The notes under the pieces were generated by a model. That model saw nothing but the letters and a program-made list of their open reading frames with translations, was not told the DNA's origin and ran no database searches. This document shows positions 1-10,959 of a DNA stretch of 53,380 nt, piece by piece; position 1 is the first letter of the stretch; each line of letters begins with the position of its first letter. Position numbers and translations under genes: made by a program. Location: positions 1 to 53,380 of IMG/VR virus record IMGVR_UViG_3300022074_000059; one strand, given 5' to 3'. The DNA is from a virus. Its lineage: Duplodnaviria; Caudoviricetes.

Positions 1-1787
1 GTGATAAGATCCGTTTTAGGTCGGGGTATCCTGAAAGTATAGGTGGTTGGCAACGAGTTTCTAATAACAAATTCATAGGTACTGCTCGCAAAATATATGA
101 TTTTGTTACTTTAACTTCTCAGAATTTATTGTTTATCGGCACTGAAAAGAAAGTGTTTTTAGAAAATTCTGGCACATTTAGTGATATTACACCTATCCGT
201 TCTACCTTTAGTTTAGGTTCAAACCCTATTAATACTTCAGGGGGAGCAGGGAGCGGTGTTATTACGGTAACAACACAAACGGCTCATGGAGCGGCTACAG
301 GTGATTTTGTTACATTTGCAAGTTTAACCACAACAGATGGTATAACTGCGGCTCAATTAAATATTGAACATGAAATTACTTCTATTCCCAGCACCACTAC
401 TTTTACTGTAACAACAGCGGGAGCGGCTACATCAGGCACTACAGCAGGGGGTGGTAGTTCAGGTACAGTGGCATTCCAGATATCTATTGGTATTAATACT
501 ACTATTTTAGGTTCAGGCTGGAGTGCAGGAACATGGGGCAGATTTACATGGGGTTCTGCTTCGGGTTCTTTATCTGGTCAAACTTTAAGGTTGTGGGCGG
601 CAGATAACTTTGGGGAAGATTTAATATTTAATATTGTAGATGGTACAATTTATTATTGGGATGCAACCAATGGTACAAGCACTAGAGCTGTAGATTTAAC
701 AAGCCGAACAGGTGCTAGTGATGTACCTGTAGTAGCTCGTAAAATTTTAGTTTCTGATGTAGACAGACATTGTATAGCTTTTGGTACAAACCCTATAACT
801 GATGGTACGCAAGACCCTTTGCTTATTAGGTTTTCTAGCCAAGAATCTACTGTAGATTGGACACCCACTGCTACGAATACAGCAGGTGATTTACGACTTT
901 CTAAAGGTAGCGAAATCATTACAGCTATACAAACAAGCCGCCAGATACTTGTTTGGACAGACCAATCTCTTTACTCAATGCAGTTTATTGGTGCGCCTTT
1001 TACTTTTGGTGTTTCACTTATTGGTGATAATACTCGTATAGCTGGTCCGAATACGGCTATTGCTGTAAATGATATTGTATTTTGGATGGGTCAAGAAAAC
1101 TTCTATATATATGATGGTCGTATTCAAGCTATCCCATGTACAGTGCGCGATTATGTATTTAGTGATATGAATAACCAACAATCATTTAAATTTCATGTTG
1201 GTTCTATTGCTAGTCAAACTGAAGTATGGTGGTTTTATTGTTCTTCTAGTTCATCAGAAATTGACCGTTATGTAGTTTACAATTACGGACAACAAGTCTG
1301 GTATTATGGGACATTAGTACGCACTGCTTGGAATGACCGTGCTTCTGGGTTGCGTAGTTTCCCACAAGCTACAGGTGTAGATACTTATTTGTATAACCAT
1401 GAAGATGGTGAAGATGATTTCAGTACAGGTAGTGCTGTTGCGATAAATGCTTTTGTAGAATCATCTGATTTTGATATAGGCGATGGTCAACAATTTATGT
1501 TGGTAAACCGTATTATACCTGATTTAACTTTTGATGGTTCTAGTGCCAGTAATCCTGCCGCCAAATTTACTATAAAAAGTAGAGATTTTTCGGGGGATAG
1601 TTTTACAGAATCAGCTTCTGGTTCTGCAATACGCACTGCTACTTCTCCTGTAGAACAATATACAGATAAAATTGATTTACGCGCTCGTGGCAGACAAATG
1701 GCTATTCGGGTAGAAAAAGATGCAGTTGGTGTAAGATGGAGGTTAGGCGCACCAAGGTTAGATAGCCGTGCGGATGGCAGAAGATGA
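1..1787 (+). CDS. Tail/head-stabilisation (nozzle) protein, P22 gp10 / T7 gp12-like; 5'-truncated by window edge
   Basis: Frame is open from nt 3 (DKIRFRSGYPESIGGW...), so the ORF-track start at 129 is internal; IRFSSQE..W.P and ARGRQ..R...DGRR motifs typical of podovirus stabilisation proteins; position before internal virion genes. Confidence 0.7.
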   Translation, partial: DKIRFRSGYPESIGGWQRVSNNKFIGTARKIYDFVTLTSQNLLFIGTEKKVFLENSGTFSDITPIRSTFSLGSNPINTSGGAGSGVITVTTQTAHGAATGDFVTFASLTTTDGITAAQLNIEHEITSIPSTTTFTVTTAGAATSGTTAGGGSSGTVAFQISIGINTTILGSGWSAGTWGRFTWGSASGSLSGQTLRLWAADNFGEDLIFNIVDGTIYYWDATNGTSTRAVDLTSRTGASDVPVVARKILVSDVDRHCIAFGTNPITDGTQDPLLIRFSSQESTVDWTPTATNTAGDLRLSKGSEIITAIQTSRQILVWTDQSLYSMQFIGAPFTFGVSLIGDNTRIAGPNTAIAVNDIVFWMGQENFYIYDGRIQAIPCTVRDYVFSDMNNQQSFKFHVGSIASQTEVWWFYCSSSSSEIDRYVVYNYGQQVWYYGTLVRTAWNDRASGLRSFPQATGVDTYLYNHEDGEDDFSTGSAVAINAFVESSDFDIGDGQQFMLVNRIIPDLTFDGSSASNPAAKFTIKSRDFSGDSFTESASGSAIRTATSPVEQYTDKIDLRARGRQMAIRVEKDAVGVRWRLGAPRLDSRADGRR

Positions 1788-2071
1788 GTAAAAAAGTAAT
1801 CAGGCCGATATTGCCTATTGCGCCTAGTGAGTATGACCAATTTTATGTTCATCAACTTGCACGAACATTAGAACAATTAATAGATGAAGTTAGGTCTGCT
1901 GATATTAACTTTCAAGGAATCCCTAGTAGTGGTTCTGCTAATGTTTTAGAAAAAGGTGATTTTTATATAGCTGATGGTGGTTTTATAAAAATTGTAGAAT
2001 CAGAAGAAATTTATTCTGGCAGTGTACAAGGAACAACTTCTGTTGGGACAGTAACAATAGCTGTTTCATAA
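1784..2071 (+). CDS. Hypothetical virion-associated protein
   Basis: ATGA overlap with upstream gene; LPIAP.EYD motif seen in this position in related phages. Confidence 0.6.
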   Translation: MSKKVIRPILPIAPSEYDQFYVHQLARTLEQLIDEVRSADINFQGIPSSGSANVLEKGDFYIADGGFIKIVESEEIYSGSVQGTTSVGTVTIAVS

Positions 2072-2073
2072 GG

Positions 2074-2102
2074 TTGCATAGAGAGTAAATTACGTTTATG
2101 AT
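2074..2102 (+). promoter_or_regulatory. Putative sigma70 promoter TTGCAT-N17-TATGAT
   Basis: Near-consensus hexamers with 17-nt spacer in intergenic gap upstream of the internal virion genes. Confidence 0.55.
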
Positions 2103-2160
2103 GCAAGTAGCATAAATACAGGCATTGCTACCCTGCATCTCATTTTATAAGGAAAGTAAG

Positions 2161-3726
2161 ATGCAAGGTATAGCGGCACTCCCATACGAAGTTTATGAAC
2201 TCCCGATGGTTCCTGAAGGAGGTATTCAACAATACGAGCAAGCCGCAGATATGTTGGCTGAGTTTGGGCGTAATGGCGATACATACATTGTTCATGCCGC
2301 TGAAGGCGAAACAATGGTTCCAATGGAAGTATTGGATAATAACCCCCGCCTTAAAAAGATGCTATTCTCCCAAATGGAAGAAATGGGTATTGAACCAGAT
2401 CGTTATATTGTTGGTAATGAGCTTAACAGTATCAACCCTGTAACTGGTCAACCTGAGTTTTTCCTTAGAAAAGCATTTAGAAAAGTCAGCAGAGCAGTAA
2501 AAAAGGTTGGCAAAAAAGTAGCTAAAGTAGCTAAAAAGATAGCTCCTATTGTACTGCCTATTGTAGCTCCTTTCCTATTACCAGCTATGCCTCTAGCTTT
2601 TGCTTCAGGTATTGGTAGTTTAGCTGGCGGGTTAATAGCAGGGCAAGATTTTAAAACAGCATTAAAAGGTGCGGTAATAACTGGCGGTCTGGCTGGGCTT
2701 GGTAATATGGCTTTTGGTGGTAGTGAAGGATTTGGCAGTGGTAGCTTTTTTGGTAGCCGCGCCGCTCCTAGTCAAGGACTTGGCACATTTGGTTTTAAAG
2801 AGGCCTTTACCCCTGTAAACCCATTTAGTCAAGCAGGTCAAGCACAATTAAGTGCTTTCCAACAACAAGCGGCTCAACAAGCGGCGGGTACAGCGGCTCC
2901 TGGATCTGCGGGAGCTAATGTTGCTGGAGAAAATGTAATCAGTACAGATCAAATAAAAACCGCACAAACAGCGGGTTTAGACTCAACTACCGATAAAACA
3001 TTTTTTGGTGATTTAAAGAAATCTGTAATTCCAGGAGATGAATATGGTCCATTGGATTTATATGGTGATTATATAAGTCCTAGTCGTGCTGGTCCTGCAT
3101 TAAACGACCCTAAAGTTATACAAAATGCTCAAAATTTAGCATCTCAAACAATGGATGCTCAAAAAGCTATGGGTATAAATTTTGGTAGTACCGCTGAAAT
3201 GGAAGCGGCTAGACAAAAAATTCTACAAGATTCTTTAGCACAAGCTGCCGCAGAAGCCGCTCCTTCAGCTATAGCTAAATATGCACCGATTACTGCATTA
3301 GCCGCAACTGGAGCGGTTGCCGCTGATTATGCTACAGATGGCGCAGTGCTTGGTATGTTTACAGATGATGATGGCGATGGGTTAGATGATACAACAGGTT
3401 ACACAATGGAAGATTACAAAGTAATGTTCCCTAATGCTTTTTATGACCAAAATAAATTTTATGGTGATAATAGATACTATCAAGATCCTACTTTCCGTAC
3501 TGATGGGCAAGCTATTCAGCAATCTTATATGGGTCCAATAACAGTAGCGAGTGGTGGAGAAATCATGGGTCCTGGAACACCAACCAGTGATTCTATTCCA
3601 GCTATGTTAAGTGATGGTGAGTTTGTTATGAATGCTCGTGCAGTGCGCGGTGCAGGGGGTGGCGATAGAAAAGATGGTGCTAAAAAAATGTACGCTATGA
3701 TGCGTGATTTTGAGCGGAGGGCATAA
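2161..3726 (+). CDS. Internal virion / DNA-ejection protein
   Basis: AGGA RBS before ATG 2161; basic patch plus Gly/Ala hydrophobic segment; C-terminal GPGTPTSDSIPAMLSDGEFV motif. Confidence 0.6.
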   Translation: MQGIAALPYEVYELPMVPEGGIQQYEQAADMLAEFGRNGDTYIVHAAEGETMVPMEVLDNNPRLKKMLFSQMEEMGIEPDRYIVGNELNSINPVTGQPEFFLRKAFRKVSRAVKKVGKKVAKVAKKIAPIVLPIVAPFLLPAMPLAFASGIGSLAGGLIAGQDFKTALKGAVITGGLAGLGNMAFGGSEGFGSGSFFGSRAAPSQGLGTFGFKEAFTPVNPFSQAGQAQLSAFQQQAAQQAAGTAAPGSAGANVAGENVISTDQIKTAQTAGLDSTTDKTFFGDLKKSVIPGDEYGPLDLYGDYISPSRAGPALNDPKVIQNAQNLASQTMDAQKAMGINFGSTAEMEAARQKILQDSLAQAAAEAAPSAIAKYAPITALAATGAVAADYATDGAVLGMFTDDDGDGLDDTTGYTMEDYKVMFPNAFYDQNKFYGDNRYYQDPTFRTDGQAIQQSYMGPITVASGGEIMGPGTPTSDSIPAMLSDGEFVMNARAVRGAGGGDRKDGAKKMYAMMRDFERRA

Positions 3727-4604
3727 TGGCTACTGAAGAAATTATCCAAAGAGAAGCCCCCGAAATTGAAGCCTATAAACTTGGGCTTATGTCCCAAGCT
3801 AAAGCCTTAACCAGTGCGCCTCCTACTGGTGGGTTGCCAGCTATACAATCAGCTGGGGCAGACCCTTTACAAACACAAGCAAGCAATCTTGCACAGGCTG
3901 GTATTGGTACATACCAGCCACAATTAGCGGCGGCTCAACAGGCTTTTACAAGTGGTATTGGTAGTCTTGCTGGTTCACAGGGCATGTTTGACCCTAGCCA
4001 ACAAGTAGGCCAGTTTATGAACCCTTACCAACAGGCATTGCAAAATGAAATTACTCGTGCTTACGATATACAAAGAAATCAAGCGGCAGGGCAAGCAACT
4101 CAAGCGGGTGCTTTTGGAGGTAGTAGACAAGCTATCCAGCAAGCTGAAATCGGTCGTAATGAAGCTTCGGCGTTAGCTAAAGCACAAGCTGATAATTACT
4201 TACAAGCACAACAAGCCGCGATGGGCGCATTTGAAGCACAGCAAGGTAGGGCTTTGCAAGGCGCACAACAATTAGGTCAGTTTGGAGTGCAACAAGCCGC
4301 ACTAGGTGAGCTTGGTAGTAATTTAGGTAGAGCAGATGTACAATCATTGCAGGGCATGGGTGCAATGAACCGTGATATAGCTCAGCAACAGCTAGAAGCA
4401 CAACGACAAACAGATATGCAAACTGCTTACGAACCTTATCAACGGCTTGGTTTTTACAGTGATATATTGCGTGGCGCACCAACTACGCAATCTACTATTA
4501 CTGCTTCAAGTGCCGCTAACCCTAGCTTACTTAATCAAATAGTAGGTGGCGCGGCATCAGGACTTGGTTTATATGGTGCGGCAAATAAGACGGGGCTTAT
4601 ATAA
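3726..4604 (+). CDS. Gln/Ala-rich DNA pilot / ejection protein
   Basis: FMNPYQQ and GAFGGSRQA motifs, Q-rich helices, hydrophobic Gly-rich C-terminus. Confidence 0.6.
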   Translation: MATEEIIQREAPEIEAYKLGLMSQAKALTSAPPTGGLPAIQSAGADPLQTQASNLAQAGIGTYQPQLAAAQQAFTSGIGSLAGSQGMFDPSQQVGQFMNPYQQALQNEITRAYDIQRNQAAGQATQAGAFGGSRQAIQQAEIGRNEASALAKAQADNYLQAQQAAMGAFEAQQGRALQGAQQLGQFGVQQAALGELGSNLGRADVQSLQGMGAMNRDIAQQQLEAQRQTDMQTAYEPYQRLGFYSDILRGAPTTQSTITASSAANPSLLNQIVGGAASGLGLYGAANKTGLI

Positions 4605-7165
4605 TGTATGATCGTGTATTGCAGAGACGTATGTTTGCAAATGGTGGGATGGCTAATGCTCAACCACCTATGATGCAACCGCCTATGGCACAACCGCCTA
4701 CTTCAGTTGGGACAGGTATTACTTCTGGTTTAGTTGATCCTGCACAAGAGCAAATGGCCGCTGAACAAGGGTTTGCGGCGATGGCTGGTGGGATGCAAGA
4801 TATGCTAGGCCAAATAGATGCCGCTGAAAGTACAGAAGAAACGATTAATGCTTTGCGCGGCAATGAAGCTAGCCTTGAAGACCGTTATTCAGAATTAGCT
4901 GAGTTGGTAGGTAATGCAGATGCAAAGAAAACCCCTGAATCAGTTTTAGCTTTAGTACAGCCTACCTTTACAATGATGGATATGGTTCAGCAAGAAAGCC
5001 CCGCTGGTGGTATAGCTGATGCAATGCCAACGGCAGGGGGTGGACTTCTCACCGGAAATATAGACATGGCCTCACCTGTCCAAGCTCCGGGAATGGGTGA
5101 GGCTGTTACACGAATCAATGCTGGTGAACAACCTGTTATGCGTAATATGGGTTCTTCTCCTTATGGTGAAAACCCTTTGTTAAGTAGGCCAAACATCCGC
5201 ATCCCCGCTAATGTTACCCTTAATAGGCAACCAATAACCATGACTCTGCCTAATCTTGGGGCTACCCAATTACCTAGCCAAGCAACTTTAGATCAAGATA
5301 AAGTTAGGGGTTATGCTGGTGATTATATGGGTATGATGCGGCCTTATCTAGATCAGATGACAGGTGGGGCTGGTCCTGGAATAGATAAACGTATGGAATT
5401 GCTTGCTCCTTATCTACCCAAACAAAAAACTTCTGCTGAAATAATGGGTGAGTATGATGAGTTACTTGGCACAGATAGTATGGATGATGCTCAAACTCAA
5501 GCCTATTTAGCTCTTGTACAAGCTGGTCAAAGTATAGCGGGTTCTGACAAAACATTGTTAGGCGCGGCAATTGATGCCGCTGGAGAAGCCGCCCCAACTC
5601 TTAGCAAGATAGCCGCTAAAAAATCTGCTGATGATCGGGCAAGTAAATTAGCCGCTAGGCAGGAAAGTGTTTCTCGTGAAGATGCAATTAGGTCAGCACA
5701 ATTAGGTGTAGCCCAAACAGCTATTTCTGATGCCGCAAGAGCTAGTGGTACATTAGAAGGGGCAATACTGAACTCACAAAGAGCCGCTGTAGAGTATGGG
5801 TTAAAATTAGAAGGTGATGCTGTAAAAGCTGTTAATGAAACAGCCGTTAGAAACTGGTCAGCTAATAATCAATATGGTGTAACATCTACCGAAACATGGG
5901 GTAAGTACGACCCTGCAACTAAGAAAACCGACATTATTGGTGTAAGGCGTACAGCAGAGGGCGTGAAATATATTAAAGATGGTAAGTATGTACCTGTTCC
6001 AGAAGGTTACTCACCTTATAGTAAAGATGCGTTTGCGGCTAAACATGGTACAGGAGAAATTAACTTCTCAGGTGCTAAAAAAGTAAACCTACTTATTCCT
6101 GATACTTCTACCACAGCGGCTGATGGCACAGTGACTCCTGCAAGAGGTTCAAAAAGTGGTTATAACCAATTTGCTGGTTTCTTTGTTACAAAAGGCAATG
6201 ATGCAGGAAGTTATTGGTACTCACCAACAGGAGACCCTAAAGATGCAATTTTAGCTCCTCCAGGATTTATTGAAGGCCAAGAAAAAGATGTTTTACAAGT
6301 AGCAGAAAAAGATGCAGTTGGTCGTGTATTTGTAACAGTAAAAGCTGGTCCTCGTGCAGGGGAAACATTCCTTTCTTCAATAGAGGGTACAGGTCCTATT
6401 CCAGGAGCGGCGTATACATTAGAACCAGCTAAACGTGATGATAATAATGCGTTAATATCTGGCAACCCTCTTGTTACGACTATGCCTAATCCAGGAGTTA
6501 GCTATGCTAGAATGACTAATACTATGGTTAATAAAAACCAAGAAAAAGTCGTGGTTCTTAGCCAAGCCTTACAAGCGGCTAATGAAGTTCTACCTATTAT
6601 TGGTGATGCAGTTGGTCCATTAAATACTGTTAAAGCATGGACTTCTAATATTGTTGGTTCAGTTGCTCCTGATTCTTGGGATGGCATGGTAGAATTTGCC
6701 GCTACAAAACGTGGTAGACAACGTATGAGTTTGTTTTCTAGAAACCTTGCTCGCGCATTGTCACTTTCTGATAGATATGCTGTTAAGGAACAAGAACTTA
6801 TTGCAGAACTAAACGAAAATCCTGAAGGTTTTTGGAAAAACCCAGATATGTCTACAGTGCGTTTCCAAGAACTTATGCGTATTTTACAAAATGAGCTATC
6901 ATTTAGCCGTGGTGTGTTAAGCGACGAAACTGAAATTCCTTTGTTGAATACTATTCCAACAGGTTCTAAAAACGATCCTCTTATGTTTAGTGCTCCAGGA
7001 CAATTTGATTACTTAGCAATTAGTGCCGCAAATGCTGGTGGTATAGATAAATTAAAAGGTACATTCTTACGCATGTCAGGTGATGAAGCTCGGGCTAGGG
7101 GTATTTCAGTAGGTGCAAACCAGCCGTATATTGACCTTGAAATCGGCGTAGATATTAATTTCTAG
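4604..7165 (+). CDS. Large internal virion protein
   Basis: 853-aa ORF coupled by TAATG; R.MFANGG N-terminus; located among ejection genes. Confidence 0.55.
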   Translation: MYDRVLQRRMFANGGMANAQPPMMQPPMAQPPTSVGTGITSGLVDPAQEQMAAEQGFAAMAGGMQDMLGQIDAAESTEETINALRGNEASLEDRYSELAELVGNADAKKTPESVLALVQPTFTMMDMVQQESPAGGIADAMPTAGGGLLTGNIDMASPVQAPGMGEAVTRINAGEQPVMRNMGSSPYGENPLLSRPNIRIPANVTLNRQPITMTLPNLGATQLPSQATLDQDKVRGYAGDYMGMMRPYLDQMTGGAGPGIDKRMELLAPYLPKQKTSAEIMGEYDELLGTDSMDDAQTQAYLALVQAGQSIAGSDKTLLGAAIDAAGEAAPTLSKIAAKKSADDRASKLAARQESVSREDAIRSAQLGVAQTAISDAARASGTLEGAILNSQRAAVEYGLKLEGDAVKAVNETAVRNWSANNQYGVTSTETWGKYDPATKKTDIIGVRRTAEGVKYIKDGKYVPVPEGYSPYSKDAFAAKHGTGEINFSGAKKVNLLIPDTSTTAADGTVTPARGSKSGYNQFAGFFVTKGNDAGSYWYSPTGDPKDAILAPPGFIEGQEKDVLQVAEKDAVGRVFVTVKAGPRAGETFLSSIEGTGPIPGAAYTLEPAKRDDNNALISGNPLVTTMPNPGVSYARMTNTMVNKNQEKVVVLSQALQAANEVLPIIGDAVGPLNTVKAWTSNIVGSVAPDSWDGMVEFAATKRGRQRMSLFSRNLARALSLSDRYAVKEQELIAELNENPEGFWKNPDMSTVRFQELMRILQNELSFSRGVLSDETEIPLLNTIPTGSKNDPLMFSAPGQFDYLAISAANAGGIDKLKGTFLRMSGDEARARGISVGANQPYIDLEIGVDINF

Positions 7166-7174
7166 GAGATAATA

Positions 7175-10100
7175 ATGGCACAACCAATAAAAATTTCTCC
7201 TCCTACAGCGGCAGAAACAGAAGGGTATATTAACAGAGGTTTTTATGTAAATCCTGTAGATCCGCGTTCCGGTAGTGTAGATCCAGGAACAACCCCTGAC
7301 CAAGCCCCCTTTATGGCTTCTGCGCCTATTGAGCCAAGCCGCGTGACTGGTAAACGTGACGAGGGTGTTCCTGAAGATTACTCTGGTTTAGATCTAGGTT
7401 ATCTTGGCGATTTTGCCCGTGGTGCAAATGACTTAATCCTTGCTATCCCCGATATGGCTATTAATGCTGTAGCTGAAGGTTTAGAAGCCGCTGGGATTGT
7501 TGAACCTAATACTGTGGATAGAAGATATTTAGCACGAATATTTAACAGTTCTGATTTTGAAAGCCAGAAAGTTATTATCCCTTACTTATTGCATTATGGC
7601 ACAGGGGCTTTTGCTGGTCAATCTGAATCAGAAGGTGCGGGTAGTGCAATAGCTCGTGGTACAGGGCAAGCAGCAGTCGCCTCGTTACCTATTGTTGGTA
7701 TGGAATTAAAAGCCGCACAAATGGCAGGGGCGGCTCCTGCGGCATTATCTGCTGATGCTGGTTTAGGAACTCGGATAGCGGATACCCTTGTAGCCCCATT
7801 TAGGTCTAGTCCTGGAACGGCTACTGCTATTGAAACAACCCTTAGTGGGGCTAGTGGCGCGGGTGCAGTTGCAGAACAAGAAATATTTGGCACAAATACA
7901 GGGATAGGTGCTTTAGCTCCATTAGCCCCCGCTGGTTTGATTTATGGTGGGTTAAAAGTAGCGCAAGGTCCATTAGGGCGAGGGTTTAGTTTTATTAAAA
8001 ATAAAGTCACAGGTATAAAAGATGATGTGGATATTGCTAAAGGTGGTGATCCTGCCGCTGGAGCTAAAGGTGAAGCCGCAACAGCTGAGCTTTCTGCAGA
8101 TTTAAAAGCCGCCGCTAGTACCCCAGAAGCACAATCAAATATAGCAAGAGCTTCAGAAATAGAAGCTACCCTTGGTGGGTATGCAGATGAGCCTATTGCG
8201 CTCAGTCCAGCTGAAACAACAATGGATATGCCCTTGTTAGTTACCCAAACTAAAATTGAAGGTGGTGGCACAGCTGATTTTACTCGTGCAAATAATGCTC
8301 GTAAAAATAATGTATTAACAGCGGTACAACGGTTTATAGATGGGAAACTTACTGGAAGTCCCGTGGACGATGCTCCATTATTCATTGTTGATGAAGCAAC
8401 AGGAGCATATACAAAAACTATTGGTGTGCTAGATGATGAAGCACAAACTATTGCTAACCAGTGGGAGATGGTTACGAATGCAGAAACAGGTGTGTATCCT
8501 GCATTAGGTAGCCGCGCAGAAGTTGGTGCTTCTATACGGGATACTATTGTTAAAGCTCAAACTGCCGCAAAAGCAAGTGCAGATGAAGTGGCTAAAAAGC
8601 TAGGGGTAAATAAAGATGACCCCCTTGCTGGCCGCGATGCTACAGCAGAAGCCCAAAATGCAGTCCGTTCAGCATTAACAAGTGGTGCTGGTGATGAAGC
8701 AATAAGTTACAAAGGATTACCTGGATTAGTAAAAGAATTTATTGAGTTTAAATTTAAAGATGGGCAGATATCTTTCCAAGATTGGAAAAGGTTCCGTGAT
8801 CAAGTTAGCCAAGGTATAGGTAAAGCTATCAGCCAAGGTGCTAGCCAAGATTTACGGTCACTTGCTATCCTTGGTGAAAACCTTGATAAAATGGGTGTAG
8901 CATTTGGTAAAACTAATAAAAACTTTGAAGACTTCCGTGCATATTACGAAGCTAATGTAATCTTACCTTTTGAAAAAAGTGGTGTTGTTCGGGTTACTTC
9001 TAAAGGTAGTGGTGGTTCAAAAGAAGCTCCCTCATATTGGTTGTCAGATGAACAAGTAGCTTCGTCATTTTTAGAAGATACAAATATGGCTCGCCAGTAC
9101 ATGAGTTTATTTGCTGATGACCCTGCACAAATGCGTAATATTAAAAGTGTTGTATTAGATAAACTCAGGGCAGTAGCAGACCCTAACAGAAAAGGTGTGT
9201 TTAATCCTGATGCGGTAAATACTTACTTAAACAAAAATAGAGAAGTATTAACAGAGCTCGGTTTATTTGATGATCTTACTAATACCACTACTATGCTAGA
9301 TGATATGGTTGCGCGGCAAGCTGAGTTAGTTGCTAGGCGCAGAGTAGTAGATGGAAATATGCTAAATAAAATGATTGCTCGTTCTTTGAACAGCGATAGC
9401 CCGAATAAATTATTTGATGAAGCTATAAATAACCCAGCAAAAATGCGTGAGTTAAAAGCCGCCACTACTAAAGGTAATGATGATATATCTGCAGAAGATG
9501 CGGGTCATGCTTTCCGTGCGGCAGTTACAGAACGTATGTTGGCTAAAGCCCCTGATGTTATGTCAGACCCTGCTAAATTTAAAGAATGGATGGTTAAAAA
9601 TGAAGAGGTATTAAATGCCGCTTTTGATAAAAGCCATATTGATAATATGTACCTTATTGCAGATGCAACTGAGCGTATTTTAGCAACAGGGATTAGAGGC
9701 GGTCAGGGTGTAACTGATTCAGATATTATTAGTAAATTTACAGGGATGTTAGGAACTACCCCAGCGGGTATTTCTAACCGCTTTATTGCTGTGCAAGAGG
9801 GGCGTCTTGGTTCTAAAGCTATGGTTGGCTATATTGTCAGCCGAGCAATCAGGCAACAATCAAGTGCTCGTTCAGAGGCTTTGTTTAGAGAATCTATGTT
9901 TGACCCTAAGATTGCTAAATTACTAGCTTCAGAAGGTGGGGATGATGTAGCTGAGTTTGGTGCGAGTGAGCCAGCTAAACGAGCAATGAATGCGTATTTA
10001 TTTAATCTTGGAATCAGCTATGGTGATGGGGTTACAGGTGAGGGTGATAAACGAACATATGAGTTTACACCTAATATCACAACACAACCTGTAACAGAAA

Positions 10101-10294
10101 CCCCTCCACCAGTACAGCCAGAACCAGAACCAGTGCGTCCTTTCCAGTTTGCACCAACTCCTAAAATACAACCAGCTCCCGCCCCTACTCAAACATCGCA
10201 AGTAGGTATTGAAACATTGTTCCCTAATGATCCAACCTCTATAGCAATAGCAAAACGTAGGGGTGCTGGTCAGGGAGCAATGAGAACAGTTTAA
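7175..10294 (+). CDS. Large internal virion (ejection) protein
   Basis: 1039-aa Ala/Gly-rich helical ORF, AGGAG RBS, LFPND near the C-terminus, last of the ejection block. Confidence 0.55.
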   Translation: MAQPIKISPPTAAETEGYINRGFYVNPVDPRSGSVDPGTTPDQAPFMASAPIEPSRVTGKRDEGVPEDYSGLDLGYLGDFARGANDLILAIPDMAINAVAEGLEAAGIVEPNTVDRRYLARIFNSSDFESQKVIIPYLLHYGTGAFAGQSESEGAGSAIARGTGQAAVASLPIVGMELKAAQMAGAAPAALSADAGLGTRIADTLVAPFRSSPGTATAIETTLSGASGAGAVAEQEIFGTNTGIGALAPLAPAGLIYGGLKVAQGPLGRGFSFIKNKVTGIKDDVDIAKGGDPAAGAKGEAATAELSADLKAAASTPEAQSNIARASEIEATLGGYADEPIALSPAETTMDMPLLVTQTKIEGGGTADFTRANNARKNNVLTAVQRFIDGKLTGSPVDDAPLFIVDEATGAYTKTIGVLDDEAQTIANQWEMVTNAETGVYPALGSRAEVGASIRDTIVKAQTAAKASADEVAKKLGVNKDDPLAGRDATAEAQNAVRSALTSGAGDEAISYKGLPGLVKEFIEFKFKDGQISFQDWKRFRDQVSQGIGKAISQGASQDLRSLAILGENLDKMGVAFGKTNKNFEDFRAYYEANVILPFEKSGVVRVTSKGSGGSKEAPSYWLSDEQVASSFLEDTNMARQYMSLFADDPAQMRNIKSVVLDKLRAVADPNRKGVFNPDAVNTYLNKNREVLTELGLFDDLTNTTTMLDDMVARQAELVARRRVVDGNMLNKMIARSLNSDSPNKLFDEAINNPAKMRELKAATTKGNDDISAEDAGHAFRAAVTERMLAKAPDVMSDPAKFKEWMVKNEEVLNAAFDKSHIDNMYLIADATERILATGIRGGQGVTDSDIISKFTGMLGTTPAGISNRFIAVQEGRLGSKAMVGYIVSRAIRQQSSARSEALFRESMFDPKIAKLLASEGGDDVAEFGASEPAKRAMNAYLFNLGISYGDGVTGEGDKRTYEFTPNITTQPVTETPPPVQPEPEPVRPFQFAPTPKIQPAPAPTQTSQVGIETLFPNDPTSIAIAKRRGAGQGAMRTV

Positions 10295-10959
10295 TGGAAC
10301 CTATATCCACAGCTTTGGCTGGTATAGCACTCTTTAAAAGTGCCGTAGATGGCATTAAAGGTGCTATAAGCACAGCTAATGATGTAAGCGATATAGCTGG
10401 CTTTATAGATAACCTTTTTGAAGGTGAGAAACAGGTACAGCAGAAACGTAACCAAAAATCAGGAATAACCGTTGGTGATCAATTTGGTATTAAAAACGTA
10501 GCTTCTGAGATTATCGATGCCAAACTTGCTAAAGAACAAATGTATGAAATTTCTCAAATGGTTGATTTACGTTTTGGTAATGGGACGTGGAAATCTATTG
10601 TAGAAGAACGTGCTAGGCGTATACAGGCTGCTAAAGAAGCCGCCGCTGAAGCTAAACGTAAGAAAATACAAGAAGCCAGAGAGTTTGAAGAAAACCTAAA
10701 ACAATTTTTTATAATTGCCAGTGCCGTTGTAGCGGCGGCAGTGTTTTTTATTATAATGATGGTTATGATAGCAAGAGCAGAAACACAATTTGTAGAATGT
10801 CGTCTTGAAGAGTATGAAAAAGTAGATAAAGAATGGCATTGTTATTATTTAGGAGCTAACAAAACCCGCACTTCTATGGTCATTAGTGAGTTTTGTCCCA
10901 GAACTTATATGTGTGAGTATGACCCTAACTCAAAAAGTAAAATAACTAAATTTAGATAA
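10294..10959 (+). CDS. Hypothetical membrane protein
   Basis: Coiled coil, then TM segment FFIIASAVVAAAVFFIIMMVMIA, then Cys-rich C-terminal domain. Confidence 0.6.
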   Translation: MEPISTALAGIALFKSAVDGIKGAISTANDVSDIAGFIDNLFEGEKQVQQKRNQKSGITVGDQFGIKNVASEIIDAKLAKEQMYEISQMVDLRFGNGTWKSIVEERARRIQAAKEAAAEAKRKKIQEAREFEENLKQFFIIASAVVAAAVFFIIMMVMIARAETQFVECRLEEYEKVDKEWHCYYLGANKTRTSMVISEFCPRTYMCEYDPNSKSKITKFR

